DNA of 57,615 bases, the filler included, from Sphacelaria rigidula (lineage: Eukaryota): NCBI GenBank assembly GCA_964200075.2. It is 5 parts of 5 records of this genome, joined end to end, with 100 filler letters (N's around TTAATTAATTAA, not from the genome) between each part and the next. Parts side by side here need not be neighbours in the genome. Positions count along the whole stretch, not along the records: positions 11,545 to 22,988 come from CAXNAA020004916.1; positions 23,089 to 34,531 come from CAXNAA020004917.1; 3 more parts are not named here. The stretch is one strand, 5' to 3'. Positions 12,808 through 25,472 of this stretch are shown here, piece after piece (within the stretch, counting starts at the first letter, position 1; the number at the start of each line of letters is the position of its first letter). Under the pieces are notes generated by a model, which made no database searches, was not told the origin of the DNA, and was given only the letters and a program-made list of their open reading frames with translations. Made by a program: the position numbers and the translations under genes.

Positions 12808-14239
12808 CACCCTGTACTCCAGATAATGGGGTCATCTTTCGAGCGGTTCTTGAAAAGTGTTGTTTTTTGAAAAGTTCTCGAAAAGTTCTGCTCGTTTTTC
12901 TGTCACAGAAATCCAATACCGGATCTAGAATAGCCTGAGACAACAACCAATTTGAAAATTGGAATACTGGTGAAATTGAAACAATCGTTGAGCAATGCTA
13001 CGGTAGGGGTTGCACTTTTTGTTTCTGGGTCTCTCTTTTTGTAGGAGCCCAAATATATGGTGCTTACTGTGCAACCCAAATCTTCGGCAACCGGACTCCC
13101 AGAAACATGGTGTTTGCAGGCAGGGGCCTTTTCGTAAATCGGCATCATTCTCAGTCTCTTTCAAGTAAACATGATGCCGATTTTCAAAATGACCCGTTCA
13201 ACACCGCGAGCAGCCCCGATAAACGTTTTCGCCAAAAAAGTGCAATCCCTACCGTAGCATTGCTCCGTTCTTCTCGTGCTTGTTTTGGCCGTGCACACTA
13301 CTAAAAAACAATTTGTAGGATATGGCTCTTGTCCGACTGACCCAAGATATTTCTCCATCCTAGAAATGACGTCATCATCCAGAGTCATACAACGTTGGAA
13401 AATCGCTACATGTATTGTGTCCATGGAGGATAAAGTCCACCTGTCGGCCGAAAACCCTTTGGTCAATCAAATTCCTCCCTCGGAAAAAAATGGCAAATGC
13501 ATCATACTTCAGTCTCTCCTGTTTCGTCTCCAAGATTCCGCTATTTTGTATTTGTCTCATCATTGACTACAATTGAAATCGATCAACTGCCTACGATAGG
13601 CAACCGCGGTAGAACAAATCCCAAATGCAGATAGTACACAAATATACAGATATGAATACAAAAAACATTTGCACGGCGGGCACGGACACCTATAACAATT
13701 ATACGCACAAGAAAAAAAATGCACACCGATGAAAAAAAATCAAATGAAGTAAACTACGCAGCAGTATCTATTTGTTGGGTCATTGAAACAGCAGCAAACG
13801 AGTTCGTTTGTTTGAAAAAACGTCGCTGGAAGGAGGAAAATGATATACACTTGACCCTCATCCATCCTTTCTGCTACTCGTACACCCTACAGTTTTGATA
13901 CAGCACAGTAGGAGTAGGATCGACAACCAACATTTTCCCCCGTTTACAGGGTAAGGGGTAGGTGCGAGAGTTGAACAGAAAAAACAGGGTCCAGATCAGC
14001 ACCCATTTCGTGGTCCAGGGAGCAGAACGGAGAATGAAAAAACCATCAAAAAGTGTGGTTCGTGCCATAAAAACATGAATAAATAAGATCATGATGGTTC
14101 ATACAGGATACTTATACTTACTGATAGTCTCCCATCTATTGATTGATCGTCGTGGGATTTATAAACCAGTGTAGAACAAGTTCACTTGATTTGATCTACC
14201 CGGCACTTTTTCTTGCTCCCTCATCACGCTCGCCCATCC

Positions 14240-14307
<68 letters not shown>

Positions 14308-16424
14308 TANNNNNNCCCCCCTGCCCCGTTCCCAAAGGGGTGGGGGGCCAAAAAACCCCCGCCCAAGGCCACCAACAAAGAAATACCCCCCCCCCCCCCC
14401 CCCTCCCCCACCCCTCACCCCCCCCAAACCTTCCATCACCAAATATTCTCGAAATAGTACAAGAGTGATAACGCATAATTCATCCTGGTCCGTCCTTGTT
14501 CTCTCAATGTAAGGATAACGTGAGCCGCACTTTCTATGGGGAGCGGCTCAGGGAGCACCGCAGGGCGTGATGGGGCACAACTTTTTGGGGGCAGGTATGA
14601 CCGCACAAACACGTCATAAACCAGATCGTAGGGGACAAAAACAACTGCACGCGCAGGATCCGCGGCCGATACAGGCCGAACTTTGGGGAAGGGGGGGAGG
14701 GGGGGAGGGGGGGCTTAGAAAACAAATAAATACCGAAAAAAAAGCCGCGGGGGCACCACCACACTGAGGGCACAAGACAACAATAACGACATAATGCGTC
14801 GTATCAGATACGAGAGAGGACGCAACGCTACAGCGAGAATTTTCACGAGAATTTTTTTTCCTCTCCATCATTCCCCCAGCATACCCCACTCAATAAAAAA
14901 ACAACTCATCCTCTTTTCTCACATATCCGTTTCCCCGCACTCCTTCTACTTCTCCGCATTGCCAGCTACACACACTGAAGACTATCCGCAAAACGGATGT
15001 GGGTAAATTCGGTCCGTATCCAACTGCGCTTATCGACACTACATAAAAAATGCTACAAGCCGCCCCCGCTCTCTTCCTGCGCGAGTTTGTTTTATCAGAG
15101 TGGCCCGCTGAGCACAAAGCTCCCCCGGCTAACGCCGGAAAAGCTATCTTCCCGCGCCCTGTGTTTCTCCGGGGCACTTCACGAAGCCATCGTGGCCATT
15201 ATTTTCTACAAGCAAACACGGCTCTGCAGTTGTCACACCGACCACGATCAGAACGCCCATTTGGTCATTACATCTCGTATGAGCCTTGATACCCCCAAAC
15301 GGTTCACATACTGGGGGAGCCTCGCCAGCTGAGTATTGTGAAACAGGTATACGAGGGATGATGTTAACGAAGTATAACTTCATGTAGGCTAACGACAACA
15401 AAATCACGCCTGGACTACACATGTCGTCGTTTCGGGGGAATGGAAAAAAAGAAAAAAACGCAGAAGAGAAAAAAGGAAAAATAACAAAAAAGAAAATGAC
15501 CAAAAAAAAGAGGAAAAAGAAAGAAAAAAAAAAGCGAGTGTGTGATGCTTTGGACTTCTTTTGGAATACATTTACGTCCCATCCGTTCAGCAAAAATCGA
15601 GGGCTTGACTGCCCACGCGAGATAACGACGAGCAGAAATATCCCGTGTTATTTTCTTCTCCTCTTCAAATTTTGTATTACACCATTATCACATCCGCATT
15701 TTTGAAACACAAGACGTCTCTAGTCTCCATATCCATCCCCACGATCACCCACGATTAACAGACCGAACCTTGAGTACAGGAAGCGGGAAAAACCAACAAC
15801 AAAAAACACTCGATGTTGCGAAGAAACCCTTATTTATCTCGTCAAAAAATGGAGACGGGAAGCCTCTTCACCTTCTGTTTTCCCTTCCTTCAATCATTCT
15901 CGACCCCCCCCCGCCCCCCGCCCCCCGCCCTCTCCCTCTCACCCGCTAGTTGAGACGAGCCTGCTCTCTCGAGTAACTAAACCCTCTCTTACCCGGTTAT
16001 AAACCTGCCCAGCAGTTTAATAGTTATTGGATATTCGATCAGCACTCCGGTACGCAGCCTATCGACTTTCGACGGAATGTTCTCGTAAAACTCACGTGCT
16101 CACTTACGTCTTCACGACGGCGAAGCAGGTAAAAAAAATAAATCGTTACTGTCGAAATTTGAACACGCCGCTCGATGGCCAGCGGCAAACGACAACAAAC
16201 AGACGACGTACCACCACTACCACTACACCGCCACCACCACCACTACCACAACCACAACAACACGAGGTGGTCAGGACATAACCAAACAAAAAATAAAACA
16301 CAACATATAGCAAAAAACTACATTATCGTGCAGGCACAACCGGCGCTCCGTGCGGGGGTCTGATGTGCCATGGGATTATGATTGTCCGTTTCCGTCTCCA
16401 CTCGTTCTTGTTCTTGCTCCTCAC

Positions 16425-19287
16425 CCGGCTCTTTACGGCTATTACTTCCGTTTGCCTTCGGTGACGTACCCGCAGCAGAGCTGGTGCTCTTCGGTCCCTG
16501 CGAAGTAATATCCACCCACGGTCCACCGGAATATGCGGAAGATTGGCTCGTTTCACTCGTTTGACTGGTTGGTTGTCTCAGCATGAATTTAAGGATCACC
16601 AACTACTTACACTCGGGGTCCCCTCACAGCGCGGGGTCCCACTATAGTGCGGTCAAAATCACTCATTACGAGTCGAGTGCGGGGTCCCAACATAAGTATG
16701 GTGAAATTACTCTTTACAAGTCGAGTGCAAAGTGAGTTTTATCATGGCACGCATAGAATCACTGATTACTTCTCAAGTGCAGGGTCCCACCATAGTACGG
16801 TCAAAATCACTCATTACAAGTCCAAACCGCGATATACTAATATCAAGTCATTGGACTATACAATTGTATTCGAAAACGCCAAGACGTCAGTAACGACCAG
16901 AAAGACTTTTTTTTTTACGGAATCGTCCGGAGGAAAGAGAGGGGTTGAAATAAGAATGACACGTGAGAAGAAAAAAAAAGGCGGTCATGCCAGGCTAGCG
17001 ACCTACCGCACTATACTGGGACACCCACTAGACCGTACAACATTCTTTATATCCCAACCAGACGGTTATCTTTGAGGACCCGAAAAGTCATCATCAGGGG
17101 GTGATATAGAGGGTGGAAGATGGGGGAAGCACAATAGCTTACTCCAGTTCAGTAAAAATAGAATATGGTCGACTATAGAATTGGTTTTACAGTATGACCA
17201 TCACATTCGAATATTCTCAGGGTTCACGGTCGTAAACCTTCCCCCCCCCTCTCCCCTATGCGGTTGGCATCGGTTGGTAACGAAGCTGTATAACACGACA
17301 CTCATTGCATCAGCTAGGCAGCCACGTGACCCGTAATCCTTCGCTTGCGTTCTTTGGCCGTAACCGTGAGATGATCAAGCTAGATCGTTTTGTGCGGGGT
17401 GAGAGAACCTCAACTCCGCGCAAAGGGGATGATCTTACGACATGGCATTTAAATGGGGAGAAACACGTGAGGCAGTGTATGACCCATGGCTTTTCATGTA
17501 TTTCTACATCCGAGTATGTGTGCAGGTGCTGACTTTTTTTTTTTTCGTGTTTTATTGACCTCGCGTCCTTGCGCTTTTCGATGGTGTGGCTTCTGTGCAA
17601 ACACCCCGCCCCACCCCCCGACAATATAACGTATATTGAGGAAGGGACTCTCCTCTTACGAGGACATGGCACGAAGTGTCGGCCGTTACACCAGCTTTTC
17701 GAACAAAAAAAGCTGGCGGGACCGTCGCTCGGCTCCGGTCCGGCGCGGCTTGTAAACAAGCAAGTATATATTTTCCCACTTCCGACTCCTCCACTTCCTC
17801 GATACAGGTCTGTGATGAAAAAAAACATCTATCCGCCGGTACACGAATTCCACCTTGGTCGCGCAGATTGGATCATGACCACGCACTCCCGTAGAACAAA
17901 CGATACAAGGGGTCGGACGAATAATGACTCGTCTGGAATATAGTTGATTTATTCCAGTGAAATTGAATCCTTGGGATTCGTTCTCAACCGTTGCCCCCCG
18001 AGCGTGCGCAGCCCAGGCACGCGGAATACTCTAGCGCAAAATTTCGGCGGAGATTTTTCTGGCCCGCGGTTAAGTTTCATATCTCCCTCTTTCGAGCGAT
18101 CAGCCCCCAGGAATCATTGACTTGGTGATTTGAACCAGCGATGACTCGTCGAACCCTTGCAAAAATACCCTCACAAAGCCATCATCCACTCCTACCCCTC
18201 AGTACGCCCGCCTAAAAAGGATGCCAACGATTGTCGCCGACTGAGATGAATAAACGGGCGTCAGCATGGTGACTGTTGTTCTGGTTCGAAACCGGATGCG
18301 GTGCCCGCCCGTAAAACGTGTGTCGGGTCACTAGCTGTGATGGTATCGTTGCAATAGTTCACGGTTCGGACGAATCATCGCCGGTTCGAATCACCAAATC
18401 CACGATTTCTCAGGCCTGATTGCTTAACAAAGAGAAAAAAAGTCGACCGCTGATCAAAAAGATCTCGACGCAATGTTTGCGCCATTCCGCGTGCCTGCGT
18501 TGCGCGTACCTGGGTTGTGTTAACGCTAAAAACAAAGCCCAAGGATTGATTCGTACGGTACGAATCAATCACACTAAAATCAAGTAATTTCCAGACGAAT
18601 CATTACTTCATCCGGCCCTTGCAGTAGTTAGGGTTAGGGCTAGGGTTGGTAAGTACACTTTGTATACACTTGCGCAAAACCTCACATATCCTTGATATTT
18701 CTCGCTTTTTTTTGTCGTCTTTTTCTTTTCACCTTGGATTCCCCGCGCCCATGCTCTGGCTCTGGCGGCGAAGCCGGAGCAACTTCCGCAGTCTCAGTCT
18801 TCAACGGTGCGTCACGCCGCGCGTCCTTGGCAGCCAGGCTTTCCTTTACACTCTCCGGTACCGGCCCGGACACCCTGATAGATATTGGGGGAAAATTAAC
18901 GGCAGCATACCACGTCTATCCTGTAGCCTCGTCTAGATTCAATCTTAGGGGGACCGGTTGATATGCAATCATCAGTCGATCCATCAATAGATTTATCAAT
19001 TGATCAATAAATAGATCAATCAATCAGTCGATCAATCAATCCATCGATCAATAGATATATCAGTAGATCAATCCATCAACAGATCATTAGATATATCAAT
19101 AGATCAATCATTTGATCAATCAATCGATCAGTCGATCAATCGATCAATCCATTAATCGATCAATAGATCAATCGATAGATCAATCAATAGATCGATCAAT
19201 CCACCAATCAACCAATCAATCGATCAAAAAATATACAAATCAACCAACCTATCAATCAATCAAGCAACCAACCAATCAACCAATCAA

Positions 19288-19323
<36 letters not shown>

Positions 19324-21986
19324 CCGATCAATCGGACACGGTATTTCGGTATTTCCTACCCATCTTGAGCATCATCAAAAATCGTAATCCAAGATCCAAA
19401 AACTTTGAGTAAGAGTATTCAGATTCGTGGTCGACAATGCCCAGGTACTTGATCCAGTATTGCGATCGTACCCAACTTTTCCCTACATCACCCATCCTTT
19501 CTTTTGTCTTGCCGCGATGAGAACATTTATGCTCGGACGGAAGACTGCCTACCGCGGGCGCTGCATTGGTTCGGTCTCGGTTCGTGGATGTAGTGCGAAG
19601 CACATACATGTTGCTAGTCCTGCGGAGAGTCATTCCCTCTCGATAAAAATTAAATGATCCTCGTGGAATTAATTAGAAGTAAATCGAACTTGTGACGAAA
19701 TTACGCCGTTACGTTGAGTTGGTAGTGATGATCTGGGTAATGACCGGGGACAGGGGGATTCTGGAGGATTCTGGGAGGATTCCGGATAATGACCGGAGAC
19801 ACGGAGATGATACCCTGACGGGTTCATGAGGCTGTGCATGCAAGAGCACTCCGAATAATGAAATATTGTAAATGCTGACAACTGAAACTGAGGCCAGTGC
19901 GACTGGGGAGTCCATCAAACAGCAGTGACACAGCAGTCCTTCTGGCTGGCGTCACAAACTCCAGGAATGTGCGTTCCACTTGATAAATTACACTGTTTTT
20001 TTCCGGACGGGCGTAGTGGTGGTGTCTTGTGCTTCCTTCCGGCAGAATTTTCCGGATGGGAGTTCCTGCAGTAGTGCGGTTCCTAGGTGTCTCTGGGTAA
20101 GTGAGCCGCAAGCTGCTTCCATGCCATTGGTCGCTCGTACAGCAATTAATGTGTAACAATTCAATCAAATCAACTCGAAACCAACAAATAGCCTCGTCCG
20201 ACTCGAAGACCCGGCAGAGAGGCGTACGAGAATCGTTTTTTTTTTTTCCTGTAAAACGAAACCGTTAAACTATAATTATACTAGTTCTTACAGCCTGGCG
20301 AAGCGTCTCTAAAGGGTACTGTAAGTAACTAGTTTATCTTCGGTTCCGGAAATCTCCGGAATTTTTCCCGATAGTTTATACTTTCTCCAGAAGATGTAAG
20401 GGCAGGTGTCTTCACCAGCATACTCTGTTCTTGTCAATCAGTATGTGGTGCATCTGAATCTGTCGGCACACCGGCCGCTGATGGTGCATGTATCCATCCA
20501 CTCTGCCTGTACTCATTCTGAGATGCTCATATCGAATTTTGGTTACCCTCGTTAGCTCACTCGTTTGGTGACTCAATTTACCCCTTACTCTCTCGGGCAC
20601 GATCCTCCATGCTCTTATCCATCGCACACACAGTGCTGGCGTCTGTTTACCTGTACGTGGGTTGATTTCTAAAGGCTGACCATGACTTCCTCTGCTCCTG
20701 AAATGGAAACTCGTGAGAAGCCCCGGCTGAATCGTAGGCTCTAGCTCCGTATGCGCGCATAAGGTTTAGCTTAATTTGTATTTTTGGGGCTTACAAAGCC
20801 CAACCCTTTTGGAACCCATTGACGATTTTTATTTTTGTGAATCGGCATCATTTTGACTTGAAAATGAACTGAAATGATGCCGATTCAGAAAAACAAAAAT
20901 CGTCAGTGGGTTCCAAAAGGGTTGAAACGAGCATACATTTTTGACGATCTTATTATGTGCTCGAAACGAGCATAAAGTCGCGATAAAGTTTGAATAATAA
21001 TAGAACAGTAGTGAAGTAAGTTTTTTTTCCCAAAACTGAAGGCGAGCAAAGAAAATGACCAAATATATTTTTCAAAACGCGCACACAAAGCTAAAGCCTA
21101 CTGAATCATGACTCGTTCCAATTACAAAGAAGATGACAGTGTAAAATACCGGGGGAAACATGGGGCGACCCATCCCTGACGACCACGATACGGGCTCGTT
21201 CCGAGCAGGGGGAGAGGTGAAAAAGGTGTGAAATGGAAAAAAAAGGGAGGGGAAGGAAAGTGAGAGGTACCGTTGGTCGAAAACAAATTATGCTGCTTCC
21301 GATTCATACTCACGTAAGGATACACACAACACCTCAACAGCGTTGCTGTCCCGACTACATTGCTGTGGTTGGATAGTGGAAAAACATGTAAGGCCGTGTC
21401 TTGGGGTCGCTATAAACGGGATTTTTTTTTTAAGAAATTTTAACTTTTTCGGGAGAATTTCCGACTTCTTGGGGGGGAAAAGTGCTGCAAAATAGATATA
21501 TATATATATATATATATTTACATTTCAAACGATGTGTTTTCCGAGTAATAATATGTAGTCATTCTCGAAAAGTTCTCTCAACTTGGCCTGGTCGACAAAT
21601 TCGCTGTCAAAGGTTTTGGGGAGGAAGTTTTTTTTCCCCACTCGAAAAAAATCAGGAAAGTCTGCAAAAGAAAAAACAGCCTCGTTAATAATGACCGTTA
21701 TCGAGACGGAAAAATGAAGCGCAGAACGAAAAAAGCATCCAAAAGCAGCATGTCGATTCGTCGCCGAAACCATACACCCGCGCGGCGACCAATCAACATG
21801 CCGCTTTTGGACCGTTGTTTTTCCTCTTCTTGTCTCAATCAGGCACGACGTAAATGGAGGTGGGTGGGGGTGACCTGGATAAACATAAGTTATGCATACT
21901 CACCTAGGTTCTAGATCCTTCACGATGGTGTAACGTTCGATATCGCTGGCCTTATACGTTTCTCGACGATCCTTCTCTGCCGGCTT
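16425..21986 (-). CDS. Fragmentary multi-exon hypothetical gene (candidate exons 21904-21986, 21314-21362, 20651-20697, 19553-19619, 18733-18874, 16425-16564); ends and frame unresolved
   Basis: Each segment is bounded on the minus strand by a cag acceptor and a gt donor (gtgagt, gtgagt, gtaaac, gtaggc, gtgaaa, gtgagg). The first exon has a single open frame (KPAEKDRRETYKASDIERYTIVKDLEP). Confidence 0.5.
16612..16830 (+). repeat. Degenerate tandem repeat, ~49-bp unit, about 4 copies
   Basis: Recurring gcggggtccca..atagt.cggtcaaaatcactcattac.agtc. Confidence 0.7.
17904..18161 (-). mobile_element. ~260-bp MITE with T(A/G)CAAGGG..CG.ACGA termini; inverted second copy at 18360-18623
   Basis: Termini tacaaggggtcggacga / tcgtcgaacccttgca. 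The reverse-complemented body aligns with 18360-18623 (atcgc.ggttc.aatcaccaa, attccgcgtgcctg, cccaaggatt, ttccagacga). Confidence 0.7.
18965..19333. repeat. Degenerate (ATCA/ATCG/ACCA)n tetranucleotide satellite
   Basis: Directly visible. It explains spurious ORF 19112-19387. Confidence 0.95.
19691..19956. mobile_element. Probable solo LTR (266 bp)
   Basis: Starts TGTGACG and ends CGTCACA (perfect 7-bp inverted termini, TG...CA). Flanked by the 4-bp direct repeat AACT (19687-19690, 19957-19960). Confidence 0.7.
20760..21100. mobile_element. MITE-like element containing a long internal palindrome (20801-20924)
   Basis: Imperfect termini taaggtttagct / agctaaagccta. Internal inverted arms of ~52 bp around a short spacer. 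Confidence 0.55.
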
Positions 21987-22636
21987 CTGCAGACACAATC
22001 ACGACGAACATCAGAAACGAAAATAACAATCGAAAAGAAAAGTGATGGCAACAAATTAAAAAAAAAGGAGTAAAAAAAACACAGGACAGAACGCACGACA
22101 AAAAAGCAAGAAACAGAAGAACAAGAATAGAAAGGGAAAAAAAAAACGGAGTAAAAAAGAAAAAATGCACACGCTTCACACCCGTGTTCTCAGCTTACTC
22201 TTGTTTTTTTGTTGTTGTTTCTTCGAGTTATATTCTCCTCTGTCCTCAAATTACTATGTTGTGCTCTGCTTATACCCTGTCACGTCCTCCGTTTACTATC
22301 TTCTGTCCTTTTCCCCGTCATCTGCCCCTTCGTAGCTTTTTTCTGTCCCCTGCATTCCTCTCCTCTGTTTTCCTTTTACCCTCCTCTGTCTTCTTTGTAC
22401 CCCCTTATAAGTCTCTTTCTATGCTCTCCTGTTCTCCCTCCACTGTCCCTTGTCTCTCCATTCAATTTTCGTCGTCTCTCACTCGCGTTCAACTTGCGCG
22501 AGTGATTTTCAGCACGGTATACAACGGCCTCAAGAGGGATCAATCGATCACCTTCGCAGGTCGGACAGCAGTGCGAAAAATCACTTCTTATTAGTGACTG
22601 CTGCCGAGATAGCCCCCCCCCCCCGAACCGGCCGCT

Positions 22637-22703
22637 CCGTCTCGAAAGGGATGCGTGGTCAATGGTCACACGACTAAGGCAAGCAACAAATGAGTACGCC
22701 CCC
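22637..22703 (+). repeat. ~65-bp short dispersed repeat (copies at ~9465-9517, 32025-32090, 34457-34520 rev, 42478-42541 rev)
   Basis: Consensus ccgtctcgaaagggatgcgtggtcaatggtc....gactaaggcaagcaac..atgagtacgcccc, flanked by C runs. Confidence 0.75.
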
Positions 22704-22907
22704 GAACCCCGAACCGGCCCAACAAGTGCACGGAGGCGACCATCATTAATACCGTTAGAGCTGGTTTCGTGCTGCACGACGCGACTTATTTAGGCGTTAT
22801 AGCTGATTTCGAACTGCTACACGCCTCTCATGTGGACTAAATTGCTGCATACGAGCCCAATAGTGGGATCGCAGTCGGTTTGTGGTGACGGTCTCCGGTG
22901 CATTTGT

Positions 22908-22938
<31 letters not shown>

Positions 22939-22988
22939 GGAGGGTTAAATACGTGTGGGTTGTGGAAGGTGAAAATAGTCACAAAAAC

Positions 22989-23088
22989 NNNNNNNNNNNN
23001 NNNNNNNNNNNNNNNNNNNNNNNNNNNNNNNNTTAATTAATTAANNNNNNNNNNNNNNNNNNNNNNNNNNNNNNNNNNNNNNNNNNNN
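22989..23088. other. Artificial contig spacer
   Basis: 44 N + TTAATTAATTAA + 44 N. Confidence 0.97.
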
Positions 23089-25472
23089 GTATGCCCACCC
23101 AGGCAGCCAGCTGCCGTTTTACGACCCACCGCAGGGGGGGTATGACTATTCAGGTTATCCTGATGGTTTGTATCGCCCAGTAGGCAACGAACCACCGATT
23201 CATCATGCCGACCCCCGCAAACGATGCATCACTTGCAACGAACTGGGCCACATGCATACTTTTTGTCCGTGGCGTAGACCAGTGGGGCCGCAAGTAGATT
23301 CGGGGGTGCAGCACGTGTACGCTGGCCAAGACCAACCTCGTCACGTAGGACACCACCCCCCACTTGGACCCATTCTTACGGATCGGTCAAGACCGCGCAA
23401 CTCTACGATGACCAAGGGGGGTACCAAGAAATCAGTAATGAAGAACAGCAGTGGAACGGAACGGAAGGAGACGGGTGGGTGTTGGAAGACAGTAGCGACT
23501 TCAGCGGTACAGGATATGCGCAACGTGTTCAATTACCCCGCAATCATCCGCAATCCTCCGCAGCTAATACCAACAGCCAAATCCAGTCCTCATCGCAGCA
23601 AGTTCAACATCAACTGCAACACCCTCAGCAACTACAACACCCGCATCATGCTCAACCTGATTCCAGCCTGCCTTCCTCTGGTTCAGCTTCCTCTTCTGCG
23701 CTGCTTCACCTGTGCATGGCACATTCTGTGTCCCAAGGCGAGTCACGTTTTGAGTTGGGTGATTTTACTTTGGGGGCTGCTTTGCTAGGTCAGAGTGGGT
23801 CGGGGGTTGATGTAGATGACGGTACCGAGGAGTGGATAAGCGACAATGGTGCTTCACACCACACCACTGGGTCAATGGATAGCATGTTTGATTTACGCCC
23901 CCCCTCCCCCAAAGGAAATGAGCACGTGATCGTGGGGAACGGAACAATCCTACCCGTAAGAGTAGTAGGGAAACTGAATCTAACGTTTCACATGGGAAAC
24001 CCCACCGCCTCGAAGTCTATCGGTACGTCCTCTGAATTTTGTGTGCAGTTGACCAACGTGTACGTTCTGGAAGGGATTCATTTCAACCTTTTCTCTCTGC
24101 ACCAAGTACAGAAAAAGCAGGATGTACTTCTGACCAATGCAGGAGTACAAATGTTCGGCGGTAGGCTTCGTTTTGATCGTAATGAGCTGTCTTCATCCCA
24201 AAGGGCCACCCGATTGCCTTCAACGCACGGAAACCCCCCACTTGCTGCTTGTGCTTCCCCCCCACTTGCAGTGCCAGCTAGAACTTGCTCTGACTCTCCC
24301 CCATGCATTGGTTTCCAGCCCGTTCCACCGGCGAACGTAGTGACTTCAGGTGTTGGTGTCGGATCCACTTCAACTGATACAGGTTTTTTAGACCCTCCCC
24401 CATGCATTGGTTTCCAGCCCGTTCCACCGGCGAACGTAGTGACTTCAGGTGTTGGTGTCGGATCCACTTCAACTGATACAGGTTTTTTAGACCCTCCCCC
24501 ATGCATTGGTTTCCAGCCCGTTCCACCGGCGAACGTAGTGACTTCAGGTGTTGGTGTCGGATCCACTTCAACTGATACAGGTTTTTTAGACCCTCCCCCA
24601 TGCATTGGTTTCCAGCCCGTCCCAACGGTGGACGTTGTAACTCCGAGTGTACAGTTCGCCCCTGGGAGCACTGTACCTGGTCCCACTAATGGTGTTGATT
24701 CTCTCTGTGCAGTCGAGGCAAGGGGATTCCCTACAAGAAAGGAGGCTTCGGGCTTCATGCCGGCACTTCGACTTCGGGTAGGCGTATCGCCTACCGTAGG
24801 CGCGTTTTCAGGCTCTTAGGCGGCACAATCAATGATCACCTGCCTGGTCGCGCTTCTGTTGGAGTGCGATACCAAAAACGCGACGGAGCGACGGCGGTGG
24901 CTACAGTACCGGCGGGATCAGACAAGCTCTTCCACGCGCGGGTCGTGGCGCGGACAGGGTTCCGACCGCCACCCCGTCTTGTCATCCCACCCACCACAAC
25001 ATGGACACTACTGAGATTTGGTGCAGTTCCGGAAGACAAGGATGTTCCCTTCGCCGTCGCCCGGGTCATAGAGCGGCGGCCGGTTGGGACGCCCCGAAGC
25101 GATGTTTCCGTCGCCGCAGCTGCCGCCGTGGACGCGGCGAAGGCGCCTGACAGCGACAGCGTGGACGCGCAGCACCAATCTCGAGGCAAGGGCCTTCCCT
25201 ACAAGAAGGGAGGCTTCGGATTTCACCCCGACACTTCGACGTCGGGTAGGCGCATTCTCTACCCCAAGCGGGGTTTTGGGCTCTTGGGCAGAAAGTCCAA
25301 CGATAACCTGCCTGGTCGTGCCCCTGTTGGAGTGCGATACCACAGACGTTACGCGGCCACAGCGATGGCTGCAGCCCCCGCGGGATCGGCTCAACTCTTC
25401 CACGCGCGGGTCGTGGCGAGGACAGGGTTTCAGCCGCCACCCCGTGTGGTCATCCCTCCCATCATCGGGTGA
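23089..25472 (+). mobile_element. Decayed Ty1/Copia-type LTR retrotransposon fragment (gag zinc knuckle + aspartic protease; no integrase or RT seen)
   Basis: CITCNELGHMHTFC (CX2CX4HX4C) at 23225-23266. EWISDNGASHHTTG...VIVGNGTILPV...LTNVYVLEGIHFNLFSL matches the Copia protease pattern (WxxDSGASxH...VGNG...NLxS). The knuckle and protease lie in different frames. Confidence 0.85.
24296..24622 (+). repeat. 99-bp tandem repeat, ~3.3 copies (33-aa PPCIGFQPVPPANVVTSGVGVGSTSTDTGFLDP)
   Basis: Essentially identical units, in frame within ORF 23479-24819. Confidence 0.95.

Noticed and set aside
14143-14512. Poly-Pro and poly-Gly ORFs (also 35800-36275)
   Set aside because: They derive from poly-C/G tracts next to N runs, which is probably low-quality sequence.
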